A stretch of DNA of 64,000 nt, taken from positions 75,136 to 139,135 of the forward strand of contig JBGVMR010000045.1 in the NCBI GenBank assembly GCA_045124875.1, in the 5' to 3' direction. Position numbers and translations under genes: made by a program. Positions 27,860 to 37,377 of this stretch are shown here, in pieces (position 1 is the stretch's first letter; each line of letters starts with the position of its first letter). This DNA is from Akkermansia sp. GTDB taxonomy: Bacteria; Verrucomicrobiota; Verrucomicrobiia; Verrucomicrobiales; Akkermansiaceae. A model generated the notes under the pieces. The model did not search any database, was not told the DNA's origin, and saw only the letters and a program-made list of their open reading frames with translations.

Positions 27860-29215
27860 TCAGCAGGGGAAGATGCTGATGCGGCGCAGTACCTCATCGC
27901 GGCCCAACACCTGCATAATGACATCGATGCCGGGGCCGGCATGTGTGCCGGTAAGCGCCATGCGCAGCGGGAACATCATGGCACCCACCTTCACCCCATT
28001 GGCCTTGGCCAGCGGTTTGATGACTTGGAATGCTGCCTCGCCGCTCCACTCCTCAATGCCGTTAAAGGCCTCTACCAAGTGGTTGAGCATTTCGCGGGCG
28101 TTGTCTTGCAACTTGGCCATGCTCTCTTGCTCGTATTCCAGCACTTGTACCCATTTTACCCATGCGGGCACCTCGCTGAGCAATTGCACCTTGGTTTGTA
28201 CAGAGGGCAGCGCCTCGCGCAGTTGAGCCGTGTCTTCCAAACCGGCGGCAGCGCAGAACGGCATGGCAAGCTCGCAGAAGCGGGCGGGCTCCAGCTTCAT
28301 GATGTGCTGCTGGTTCATCCACTTGCACTTGGTGATGTCGAACTTGGCGGCGGCGCGGTTTACGTTCTCCAGAGAGAAGAGGTCAATAAGCTGCTCTTTG
28401 GTGAATACCTCTTCATCGCTCTTGCTGCTCCAGCCGAGCAGGGCAATGAAGTTGATGACGGCATCGGGCAAGAAGCCTTCCTCCGGGTAGTTGCCCAGCT
28501 GGGCGCCTACGTCGCGCTTGCTCATCTTGGAGCCGTCCGGGTTTTGAATCAGCGGTATGTGGGCATATACGGGCGGCTCTACGCCAAAGGCGTCAAACAA
28601 CTGTAAATGCTTGAAGGTGTTCATGATGTGGTCTTCACCACGTATCACGTGAGATATCTTCATCTCGATGTCATCCACCACGTTGACCAAGTGGAAGATG
28701 TAGGATCCATCGGTGCGCTTTACGACCATGTCGGGGGTGTTGTCCTCATTGGTGTAGTCTACGGAGATGTCGCCGCACACCAAGTCGTGCAGGGTCATAA
28801 CGCCGTCTCTCTTGAAACGGAAACGCCATACGGTACCCTCACTGGTGCCGGGGATTTCATCGCCGTTCTTGTCGCGCTTGTTGGGGGCAGGGCACTCGTA
28901 TACGCGGCCCATCTCTACCAACTTGTTGAAGTAGCGGTCGTAAATATCTTTGCGTTGGCTCTGGAAGTACGGTTCGCAGGGGCCGCCTTTGCCCTCGCCC
29001 TCATCCCAATCAAGCCCCAACCAGCTCATGCCGGTGAAAATGGCTTTCATGGCGTCTTCTACATGACGCTCTTGGTCTGTGTCTTCTATGCGAAGAATGA
29101 AGGTGCCGCCCATTTTGCGGGCGAAAAGATAATTGAACAAAGCGGTGCGGGCACCACCGATGTGCAGATAGCCGGTGGGCGACGGTGCGAAGCGTGTACG
29201 TATAGCCGTTGACAT
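27860..29215 (-). CDS. gltX: Glutamate--tRNA ligase
   Basis: RFAPSPTGYLHIGGAR, KMSKR and C-terminal anticodon-binding domain. Confidence 0.95.
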   Translation of the reverse strand: MSTAIRTRFAPSPTGYLHIGGARTALFNYLFARKMGGTFILRIEDTDQERHVEDAMKAIFTGMSWLGLDWDEGEGKGGPCEPYFQSQRKDIYDRYFNKLVEMGRVYECPAPNKRDKNGDEIPGTSEGTVWRFRFKRDGVMTLHDLVCGDISVDYTNEDNTPDMVVKRTDGSYIFHLVNVVDDIEMKISHVIRGEDHIMNTFKHLQLFDAFGVEPPVYAHIPLIQNPDGSKMSKRDVGAQLGNYPEEGFLPDAVINFIALLGWSSKSDEEVFTKEQLIDLFSLENVNRAAAKFDITKCKWMNQQHIMKLEPARFCELAMPFCAAAGLEDTAQLREALPSVQTKVQLLSEVPAWVKWVQVLEYEQESMAKLQDNAREMLNHLVEAFNGIEEWSGEAAFQVIKPLAKANGVKVGAMMFPLRMALTGTHAGPGIDVIMQVLGRDEVLRRISIFPC

Positions 29216-29307
29216 GCGCGCCTTATACACCCATTCCCCCGTTTTTGCAAGTCTAAAATCACCCTTACTACCTATAATTTATTGCTTTTTGCCGGTTTCC
29301 CCTTTGC

Positions 29308-29340
29308 AAAAAAAGTCGCCATTGCGTTTGCAATGGCGAC
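29308..29340 (-). terminator. Terminator after the second PEP-CTERM gene
   Basis: gtcgccattgc-gttt-gcaatggcgac with an A-run. Confidence 0.8.
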
Positions 29341-29371
29341 CCGATATTGTCAATCTGTGTAAAGTTACATT

Positions 29372-29941
29372 TTATTTGCGGCGACGGCGTGCTGAAAGGG
29401 CAGCCAAAGCCAGCAGGCTGAGAGTGGCTGTTGTCGGCTCGGGGATGGAGCTAACGGGGCGTGTGGTAGAGGTACCGTTGGTGCCGCGAATTTCAACTGC
29501 CGTATCGGCTGTTAAGTCTGTTTCGCCGGCATTGAGGATGATGTCACCGAGGTAGAACTCCGTATCATCCGTTACATCATAGCCTACTTCCAATACCAGT
29601 TTAGAGCCGTTAAGCTTGAACATGTTGCCGTTTATGTCAATGCTGCCACCGGCCTTAATGATAAGCTCACCCACACCGTAGCCTGCCAAGAAGCCGTCCA
29701 TGGTGATGTCTCCCTCTACGACAAAGCTGCCCCCCATCAGGTGCATGGATTGCAGACGGCTGTTTTCTAAGGCGGTGAAGGTACCGGCTCTCAGTACAAC
29801 TGTACCTTCAATGGTGTCGCTGTTGATAACTTCACCGGCATTTATCCAAAGCTCGTTTACGGAGAGAATACCGTTGTTTTCAACACTGCTTTTTTTGAAT
29901 ATCGAATCTGACGTGAAAATATTCGAAGTTTTTGTTATATA
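29372..29941 (-). pseudogene. PEP-CTERM protein lacking an N-terminus and signal peptide (probable 5' truncation)
   Basis: The frame stays open for 65 codons upstream of ATG 29746, to an in-frame TAA at 29942-29944. That stretch resembles the first PEP-CTERM protein and has no hydrophobic signal. C-terminus is IPEPTTATLSLLALAALSARRRRK. Confidence 0.6.
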
Positions 29942-29972
29942 TTATTTTTAATACAATTATAACAAATACACT

Positions 29973-29999
29973 TGCAATCTCTTTTAAAAAGATATTGCA
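29973..29999. promoter_or_regulatory. Near-perfect palindrome next to an extended -10 element on the minus strand
   Basis: tgcaatctctttt-a-aaaagatattgca; TGTTATAAT on the minus strand at 29956-29964. Confidence 0.55.
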
Positions 30000-30110
30000 G
30001 TGGAGAAGAAAAGACACCACTCTGCAAATAATCTATGATTCAGTAGATTACTTGTAGCACTGTCGTAGTCAATGTCTGCTCTTTTTTAGAGGTAAACTTT
30101 GACAGTGAGC

Positions 30111-31181
30111 TCAAACTTTTACAAAAATTCTATTGCGATAGAGGACGTAGCAAATAAGCCATGCTAAAACAAAGTAAGCCATGCCGAAAGCCGTGGTATA
30201 CCAGGATTTCGAGAAAAGCTCATGAATAGTACCGCCGAAGATTCGATTGGTGAGATGCCCGAACTCGATGATATGGGTAAAAAGGTAGATGAAGAGGGCA
30301 TTACTGCCGATGACTTTGAGAGGCCACGCCCACATGGATAGTTTGCATACATCGATGATGAGATGAAAAACAACCATGAGTAAGGCGCCTATGCCCCCAC
30401 AAAGCAGCACAAAGCACGGGGTCCAGATGTTTTTGATGCAGGGACCGAATAATCCGAGAACAATAGCAATGCTACCGCAAATGCTCAAAATTAATATGCG
30501 ACGCGCCGCCCCAGCTGCCGGGCTGAATGCCCGCCCGCTGAGGTACCCGGCCAGAGCCAGTGCCGTGGCAGAAAGAATGCAGAGCGGCCCCTCGGGGTCA
30601 ATGTACCTGTAGTGTAATTTGCCGGGGCAAAGTGCAGCGTCTACCTTGGCATTGAAACAGCCGGATGGTGTCATGTCGCCCCCCAGATATTGCATAAGGA
30701 AGACGGATATGAGTATCAACGCAGCACTTGTAGCAACTCCCCAAGTTTTGCGTACCATTAACACCAGAGAACCGGCCAATGCCCCACTGAGGCCGATGAG
30801 ACCCAGCACTGAGGCACAACGAATTTTATCTGCATCCCACAGCAAAGGGCCGTTTACTAAAATACCCAGTAAAACCAAGATGAGAGCACGGCCCCACATG
30901 TGCAGCAATAATTTGCCGTTGCCGGCACCCATTCCCATGCGTTTGCGTACGGAAAAGTTCAGGGATATGCCGGACAAGTAAACAAACAGAGGGAAAATGA
31001 GGTCGTACACCCGTAAGCCCTCCCACGCCGCGTGCCCCATGTGGTAGCGTACATCTTCCCAAAAGGGGGAGGGACATATGCTGTATACGCCCCATAGTGT
31101 AGTGCTCAGCCCGATGATGAGGGCGGTATCGAGCCCGCGCAATGCATCCAGAGATTGCAGTCGTTGATTTGCCGTTGACAT
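30111..31181 (-). CDS. DUF5009 / heparan-alpha-glucosaminide N-acetyltransferase-like membrane protein
   Basis: RLQSLDALRGLD, HAAWEG, DLIFPLF and IDPEG motifs; multi-TM. Confidence 0.85.
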   Translation of the reverse strand: MSTANQRLQSLDALRGLDTALIIGLSTTLWGVYSICPSPFWEDVRYHMGHAAWEGLRVYDLIFPLFVYLSGISLNFSVRKRMGMGAGNGKLLLHMWGRALILVLLGILVNGPLLWDADKIRCASVLGLIGLSGALAGSLVLMVRKTWGVATSAALILISVFLMQYLGGDMTPSGCFNAKVDAALCPGKLHYRYIDPEGPLCILSATALALAGYLSGRAFSPAAGAARRILILSICGSIAIVLGLFGPCIKNIWTPCFVLLCGGIGALLMVVFHLIIDVCKLSMWAWPLKVIGSNALFIYLFTHIIEFGHLTNRIFGGTIHELFSKSWYTTAFGMAYFVLAWLICYVLYRNRIFVKV

Positions 31182-31187
31182 GGCTTG

Positions 31188-32132
31188 TTACATAATACTG
31201 CTGCCCAAGGTGAGGGAAAGCAAGAAAAGAATAAGGTGAAGAGAGGCCAGCCCCAACAACATGTTCATGCGTTTATCTGCCGGGGTACGTGTAATTTTAA
31301 GTAAGATGAAGCCGCCGCAGAGAATTGCGGCCAGCCAGCAAAGATTCCAGCTAACATCCGGTACAAAGACTGCCGTTTGCTTGAGGGTTGCATACGGGGC
31401 AATAAGGAAGGCGAGAGCCAGCCCTCGTGCCCTTTTGTCACCCAGGCGTACGGCCAATGTGCGCTTGCCGGTGGTGGCGTCTTCTTTTCTGTCTCTTATG
31501 TTGTTAATCTCTATAAGCAGGCAAGAGAGCAACCCACATTGCATGCCGACGATGAATGCGGCCCCGTACACAAAGAGGAAGAAGGTGTTGTACTCAAAAC
31601 CTATTTGAACGTAGACGGTGCCCATAACGGCAATCAGCCCGAAGAAGAGCAGTACGAAGAGCTCGCCCAGCCCTTTGTAGGCAAGTGGGTAGGGGCCGCC
31701 GGTATAACAATAGGCGCACAGCATGCTCGGTATGCCGATGGCGATGATGGGCCACCCCTGCGCCTGTATTAAGGGGATGGAAAAGCCGGCTGCTGCTGCC
31801 AAAAAGACACAACCTGCTATTTTGACCGCACGGGAGGACATTGCACCACTGGCCGTAATGCGGCGCGGGCCTTGGCGCTTAGCTGTATCCGCCTTTTTGT
31901 CGGAATCCAGAGAGTCATTGAACAGGTTGCAGGCAATTTGGATGCACACGGCGCTCAGTACAGTAAAGACAGCAAGCGACCAATTGAGGCTTATCGGTTG
32001 CCATTGCGGTAATTCAGCGGGGTTGACGTGTTGGTATTTCCACACAATCATGCAACCGGCCCATACGGCAACAATGCCGGCGGGCAGGGTTTTGGGGCGT
32101 GCTGCCAAGAATATGGATTTGATGGTGTTCAT
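31188..32132 (-). CDS. menA: 1,4-dihydroxy-2-naphthoate octaprenyltransferase
   Basis: AARPKTL, NLFND, YTGGPYPLAYKGLGE and NNIRDRKEDATTGKRTLAVRLG motifs. Confidence 0.93.
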   Translation of the reverse strand: MNTIKSIFLAARPKTLPAGIVAVWAGCMIVWKYQHVNPAELPQWQPISLNWSLAVFTVLSAVCIQIACNLFNDSLDSDKKADTAKRQGPRRITASGAMSSRAVKIAGCVFLAAAAGFSIPLIQAQGWPIIAIGIPSMLCAYCYTGGPYPLAYKGLGELFVLLFFGLIAVMGTVYVQIGFEYNTFFLFVYGAAFIVGMQCGLLSCLLIEINNIRDRKEDATTGKRTLAVRLGDKRARGLALAFLIAPYATLKQTAVFVPDVSWNLCWLAAILCGGFILLKITRTPADKRMNMLLGLASLHLILFLLSLTLGSSIM

Positions 32133-32425
32133 TGTTTACGTGGATATTTGCGGCGGCCTCCCTGCGCTTTGCGAAAAGGCTCAAAAAGGGCATCCAGTCC
32201 GCTGTTTTTGATGAGTAAAGTTTGCTCCATGAGCCGCCCGAGTTTGCCTTTGGGCCACCCGCGTTGCCAAAACCAATCCAGGTACTCTGTGGGTAAATCC
32301 ATCAGGGGGCACCCATCGGGCGGAAATTTGGCCGGGCCATACATGCCATAGGGCATGTGCATGGCTGCAATTTCTGCCAGCAGGGCTCGCAGGTCATCTG
32401 CGCTCGGTATGGCTGCGTTTTGCAT
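32129..32425 (-). CDS. DUF3820 family protein
   Basis: MPYGMY...LMDLPTEYLDWF...PKGKLG. Confidence 0.8.
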   Translation of the reverse strand: MQNAAIPSADDLRALLAEIAAMHMPYGMYGPAKFPPDGCPLMDLPTEYLDWFWQRGWPKGKLGRLMEQTLLIKNSGLDALFEPFRKAQGGRRKYPRKQ

Positions 32426-33432
32426 CAGTGTTTGATGCTCCAGCTTATTTGTTCTCCGGCGTACATGGGCACCACTTCCTGCCCGTAACTGCGGTAAGAG
32501 GCCGGCACCGGCATGGGGGTGTCTTGCAAGGTGACGCGCTTGCTGATGGGGGTGAGCCCATGAATGCGGCAGGCATTGCCGCTGACAAATCCTTGCAGTT
32601 TATCAAGTGCGCCGTGCTGTGCGAAAATCTCTGCCAGCTTCGGCAGCGCCAAGGGCGCAGTAAACACGCCGGCTGCGCAGCCGCAGGCTTCTTTTTTGCA
32701 GCGGGGGTGCGGTGCGGAATCACTGCCGAACATGAGACGCGGGTGCCCGCCAATGGCGGCTTGTAACAATGCGTCGCGGTCGTGCGGGCGCTTGGCTATG
32801 GGTTTGCAGAACAAGTGGGGTTGCAGGGCGCCTCCCGCTACGTCATCCAGCGTAATGATGAGGTGTTGCAGTGTGACGGTGGCGCACAGGTTTTCGTATT
32901 CATCCAACAAATCCAACGCAGCTGCGGTGGTGATGTGCTCCATGCATATGCACAGTTTGGGGAATTGTTGTGCCAAGTGTTTGTACACGCCCAAGAACTC
33001 GGCCTCGCGGTCCATCACAAAACCGTGGCTTTCGCCGTGAATGAGCAGGGGTATGCCCATTTCTTCCATCATTTTGAGCGTACTCTCTGCCTCTGCCAAG
33101 TTGGCAACGCCGCCTTCGCTGTTGGTGGTAATGCCTGCGGGGTAGAGCTTGTAGCCGAAGAACCCGGGTGTTTCTTTTGCCAGTTGCAGTTGTTGCTCGC
33201 TTTGTTTGGTGAAAAAGAGAGTCATGTAGCGGGAGAACTCCGTATCCCCCATGGCGGTGGCTATACGCTCCCCGTATGCTACCATGGCGCCCGGTTGTGT
33301 AACCGGTGGCACCAGATTGGGCATGATGACTGCCCCTGCAAAATCTGCCGACAGCGGGGCTACCAGTTTGAGCATGTCACCGTCTCTCAGGTGCAGGTGC
33401 ATATCCAGCGGGGATTCCAGCGTAATTTCCAT
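32425..33432 (-). CDS. pyrC: Dihydroorotase (homodimeric type)
   Basis: [24 protein letters not shown] and GSDSAPH motifs. Confidence 0.95.
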   Translation of the reverse strand: MEITLESPLDMHLHLRDGDMLKLVAPLSADFAGAVIMPNLVPPVTQPGAMVAYGERIATAMGDTEFSRYMTLFFTKQSEQQLQLAKETPGFFGYKLYPAGITTNSEGGVANLAEAESTLKMMEEMGIPLLIHGESHGFVMDREAEFLGVYKHLAQQFPKLCICMEHITTAAALDLLDEYENLCATVTLQHLIITLDDVAGGALQPHLFCKPIAKRPHDRDALLQAAIGGHPRLMFGSDSAPHPRCKKEACGCAAGVFTAPLALPKLAEIFAQHGALDKLQGFVSGNACRIHGLTPISKRVTLQDTPMPVPASYRSYGQEVVPMYAGEQISWSIKH

Positions 33433-33522
33433 GCACTTATTGTATCAGATAATCACTTTTTTGCAAGCCGTAATCAACTATGAGCTTGCCTGCTGCACGA
33501 AAATGAGATATAACAGAGCCGT

Positions 33523-33942
33523 ATGAAAAAGATTACCCGTGTTATGATGTATACCCTTGCTGCGCTGCTGGTGAGTACCGCTGCGGCAGATAATTTTTAT
33601 GGCCCGCATGGCAATAATGTCGGCCGTGCAGAAACGGACAGCAACGGTAACACCCGTTATTATGACCGCAATGGCAGATATATTGGCCGTGCAGAGAAAA
33701 ACGGCAACAATGTGCGCTATTATGACAGCCGAGGCTCATATGCCGGGCGCGCAGAGTCATCCGGTAACAGTACCCGCTATTACGATAGCCGTGGCTCTTA
33801 TTCCGGGCGTGCGGATCAATCCGGCAACAGCACGCGTTATTATGACAGCCGTGGTTCATACTCCGGCCGTGCCGAAAAATCCGGTAACAGTACGCGTTAT
33901 TACGACCGCAATGGCTCGTACTCCGGCTCAAAGAATCACTGA
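33523..33942 (+). CDS. Small secreted protein made of about six 20-aa repeats
   Basis: Signal peptide followed by repeats of NSTRYYDSRGSYSGRAEKSG. Confidence 0.85.
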   Translation: MKKITRVMMYTLAALLVSTAAADNFYGPHGNNVGRAETDSNGNTRYYDRNGRYIGRAEKNGNNVRYYDSRGSYAGRAESSGNSTRYYDSRGSYSGRADQSGNSTRYYDSRGSYSGRAEKSGNSTRYYDRNGSYSGSKNH

Positions 33943-34105
33943 TAATCAATTCTTGTTTTTCTTGATGTTCTCTGCTGCTCTTCGGCCTCCCGTTGGGCAG
34001 CAGTTTTTTATGTGGATGTTGGATGGTCTTTAAAAATCAACAGCTTTGGGGGGATATCCCATTATATGCTTGACTATCGTGATTGATACATGTATTCTTG
34101 CGCGC

Positions 34106-34804
34106 ATGAATCTGAAGCAAATGATGGCCTTGGCTTGTATGCCTGCTATGTTAAGTGTTGCCCCGGCGGTAGATGTTGTGCTTTCCGGTGGTGTAGCGCT
34201 GAAATCGTGGGAGAAACTGCGTGGGCCGAATGCGCACGATAACTGGTGGGCAAACTTTATCCGCGGTGCTACGGTGCGTATTGATAAGATTCAGAAAGAG
34301 AACCCCGATGCCAAAATTGTTTGGATTGTGTTTCGACCTGCCTACATAAACCGTGGTAAGGAAGATGGCAAGGATTACATGGGCATGATTCGCGAGCAGG
34401 CTGCCAAACGCAAGCTCAAGGTTGTATTCGTGGATACTGCGGAGCAAGCATACAGAGCCATTAACAATGCCGGCAATGGTAAAGAGAAGATAACCTCTTT
34501 CTACTATTTCGGGCATTCTAATGCCCATGCGTTCATGCTGGATTACAGTAGCGATATTATAGGTGCTTCTACTCAATGGATGCATGAGTCTGATTTGGCT
34601 GCAAAATTAGACAAATCCGCTTTTGCCCCCAATGCAGAATGCTGGAGTTTCGGGTGTTACACCGGTAACAGCATGTCTGCCACTTGGCACAATGCCCTCG
34701 GTATCCCCTTGTGGGGTAACACTTCTTTTACCCGTTATCAACCCGTCGGTTGGGGCGAGTTACCCGAAGGCGGCAGCAAATGGGTAAATGGTACCGCCAA
34801 ATAA
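34106..34804 (+). CDS. Hypothetical secreted protein
   Basis: Signal peptide MNLKQMMALACMPAMLSVAPA; FYYFGHS and WSFGCYTG motifs. Confidence 0.7.
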   Translation: MNLKQMMALACMPAMLSVAPAVDVVLSGGVALKSWEKLRGPNAHDNWWANFIRGATVRIDKIQKENPDAKIVWIVFRPAYINRGKEDGKDYMGMIREQAAKRKLKVVFVDTAEQAYRAINNAGNGKEKITSFYYFGHSNAHAFMLDYSSDIIGASTQWMHESDLAAKLDKSAFAPNAECWSFGCYTGNSMSATWHNALGIPLWGNTSFTRYQPVGWGELPEGGSKWVNGTAK

Positions 34805-34821
34805 GGTCTGTGTTTTCTTGA

Positions 34822-37377
34822 TTATTGTTGCTCTTCGGGTGGTAATTTGTTGAGCATGTCCTCAATCGTCTTGAGACGAGAGGACCACAGCTGATTGCTC
34901 TTCTCATTGGGGGAGAGCTCATCCAAAAATATTTTTGCTTCTTGAAGCCACAACCTGGCGGTCTTAATATCCCCCATTTCAATTGCGTGCATGGCAGATT
35001 CTGCGAGTGCATCTGCATACATGTATTTGAGTAGGGGATTATTGGGCGTTTGTTGCAATAAGTTGTAGATGATGCCTCTATACTCTGCAAACTCTGCGGT
35101 GGCTTTGGCTTTTTCGTTTTCTTGTTTGCTGTGTACCATAGCTTGGGTCCTGATGATACCGGCACGAGTTTGTGCATAATCCGCATTGTTCGGGGCGGTT
35201 TCTATCAGGCCGTTAATGCGGGCAAGGGCTTCTCTGCAATAACGTTCTGCTGTTTGGTATTCTTTTTTACGCATGGCTATATCCGCCATGTGGGCAAGAG
35301 CTCTGCATTGGTGGAAGGGATATTCTGCATTATCTCTGTCCATGGATTCCAGCTGCTTAGCTATCTTAATGCATTCTTCAAATGCGGCTTGTGCCAGCAG
35401 ATTGAATTTTTCAGCCTGCACTTCATCTGTTTCTGCCAAGGCTTGTCTGTTATTCATGATGCCTATGGTGTAGTAGGCGGTAGAGAGGTCTTGCCGGAAA
35501 GATAGCCTGTGCGGGGCTGCATCAGCCAATTCGTAGAGAATCTCTTTACTTTCAGTAAGCAAAACCTCTGCCGTACTGAAGTCGTTCAAATCCATATACA
35601 ATGTGGCTAAGCTTATTTGGGCAACCGCCAATCCCTTGCGAGACGCCTCGTGCATGGGGTAGTTCGTGACTAACCGGCGGTATAAATTGATCATTTCAAT
35701 TAACGCTTGGCGGCGTTGCTCCATATTGCCACTGTTAACGGCCAGTTGGGCTGCGGTACCCATGGCTTCGCCTTGGGCGCAGAGGTAGTCCGGGTTATTG
35801 GGTGCTTCTGCACATACTTCTTTTATGAGAGTGAGCGCTCTTTCTGACAGCTCTCGGGCTTCCTGAATCCTGTTGCGGCGGCGTGCAATTTCTGCTCTGT
35901 TGCGAAGGCTTTTGGCCAATTCGTAACGCGTGCGCAATGATGAGGGCTCCAACTGTACTAGGTTTTCAAGCAGTTCTGTAGCTTTGCGATAAGCCTCCGT
36001 CGCTTCTTCCAGTTTGCCTTGTTGAACAAAAACGGCTCCCATGTTTTGCCAAGCCGTAGCCATGGAGTGTTGCAGGCGTGCATCATCTGCCACGGGCAGG
36101 CCCTCCATGGAATCCAGATAGTTTTTAAGATGAGTACCGAGTTTTCTTTGCAGTTGCGTAGATCCGGGAAGGTCGGCCAGCTCAGTGTTGAAGTCATGCA
36201 GTAGTTCCTCCGTAAACTTAAGCCCGTTGAGGTACATTCTGCGTGTCTGGCTTTTTTCTCTCCATGCGATGATGCTGAGGCTGCCCAGTGCTATGATGAT
36301 TGCGATGGCCACTGCCATATAAATGCGCATTTGTACCATGAACTTGCGTGGCGGTGGCACAATGCCTGATTCCGTACACAAGCGCCAAGTTGCTGCATCG
36401 TTCCAACGTTCTTGAGGGGAAAGGCTTAATGCGCGGTCAATCGACTGTAAAAGGTACGGTTCGTAGTGCAATAGCAGGTCTTTGCGCCCGGCGAGCGGTC
36501 TATATGGATCCGGGGTGGCATGAACTCGCATGTCTGCCCGCGGTGGTAATAAGCGGGTGATGATGTAATAGAAACAAGCGCCTAAAGCATAGATGTCCGT
36601 TCTCGCGCTCAGCCTGCTGCTCATTTCTTCATCACTTTTTGAGGTGCATTGCTCGGGGGCACAGAAGTCCGGTGTGTAAATGTTGTTGAATACCTTGCCG
36701 CTTTGTAATTGACGAGCTGAGCCGAAGTCCAGCAGAATGGGGCGACCTTCCTCGTTAACAATGATGTTTTCCGGTTTGATGTCTCGGTGTACTATGTTGT
36801 GCTGTTCAAGGTATTCCAGGGTAAAAAGAAGCGCGCGTAACTGCTGTTTTATTTTTCTTGCTTCCTCTGCCTTTTTTTCGTAGTCCAAGGTAGGATGCTC
36901 CGGTATTTGCAGTTGGGTGCCCTCAACATAAGGCATGGCATAGTAGGCGGTGCCATTGGCCTCAAATGCGGTGAGAATCGGTACGATGCCCGGGTGCTCC
37001 AAGCCCATCAGGATGCTCACTTCCTCCATGAACTCTGCCATGGTGGTGCGAAACTCTGCCTCCTTTTCCGGGCTGCTGCTCATTACGGAGTAGCCATCCG
37101 GCATGCGGGTGGCCATGCCCTCCGGTATGTGTTCTTTGATGACTACGGTACTGCCGTCATTGTTGTTCTGTGCGCGGTAGGTGATACCGAATCCTCCTTT
37201 ACCCAACTTGGAGATAATGGTATACTCGCCCACAATGGCACCCGGGGGCAGGGGAAGCCGGCTATTGTTGGTCTCTTCTTTGGGCCGGGCCGGTGTTACG
37301 GGAGGGGGCTGGGAAATGACCGGCGGCTTTGGGGCGGCTAGCGGAGAGGTAACGGCTGGTGGTGGTGGTGGGTTCAT
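34822..37377 (-). CDS. Hanks-type Ser/Thr protein kinase with TM helix and TPR repeats
   Basis: LGKGGFG, VIKE, HRDIKPEN, DFG, APE and DIYALG all present; TM segment and TPR-like C-terminal half. Confidence 0.93.
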   Translation of the reverse strand: MNPPPPPAVTSPLAAPKPPVISQPPPVTPARPKEETNNSRLPLPPGAIVGEYTIISKLGKGGFGITYRAQNNNDGSTVVIKEHIPEGMATRMPDGYSVMSSSPEKEAEFRTTMAEFMEEVSILMGLEHPGIVPILTAFEANGTAYYAMPYVEGTQLQIPEHPTLDYEKKAEEARKIKQQLRALLFTLEYLEQHNIVHRDIKPENIIVNEEGRPILLDFGSARQLQSGKVFNNIYTPDFCAPEQCTSKSDEEMSSRLSARTDIYALGACFYYIITRLLPPRADMRVHATPDPYRPLAGRKDLLLHYEPYLLQSIDRALSLSPQERWNDAATWRLCTESGIVPPPRKFMVQMRIYMAVAIAIIIALGSLSIIAWREKSQTRRMYLNGLKFTEELLHDFNTELADLPGSTQLQRKLGTHLKNYLDSMEGLPVADDARLQHSMATAWQNMGAVFVQQGKLEEATEAYRKATELLENLVQLEPSSLRTRYELAKSLRNRAEIARRRNRIQEARELSERALTLIKEVCAEAPNNPDYLCAQGEAMGTAAQLAVNSGNMEQRRQALIEMINLYRRLVTNYPMHEASRKGLAVAQISLATLYMDLNDFSTAEVLLTESKEILYELADAAPHRLSFRQDLSTAYYTIGIMNNRQALAETDEVQAEKFNLLAQAAFEECIKIAKQLESMDRDNAEYPFHQCRALAHMADIAMRKKEYQTAERYCREALARINGLIETAPNNADYAQTRAGIIRTQAMVHSKQENEKAKATAEFAEYRGIIYNLLQQTPNNPLLKYMYADALAESAMHAIEMGDIKTARLWLQEAKIFLDELSPNEKSNQLWSSRLKTIEDMLNKLPPEEQQ

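Noticed and set aside
12338-29215. gluQ, queA and gltX as a queuosine cluster
   Set aside because: They are about 14 kb apart with unrelated genes between them.
33501-33509. AAATGAGAT half-site of the PEP-CTERM operator motif
   Set aside because: Only one half matches, which is too weak to count.
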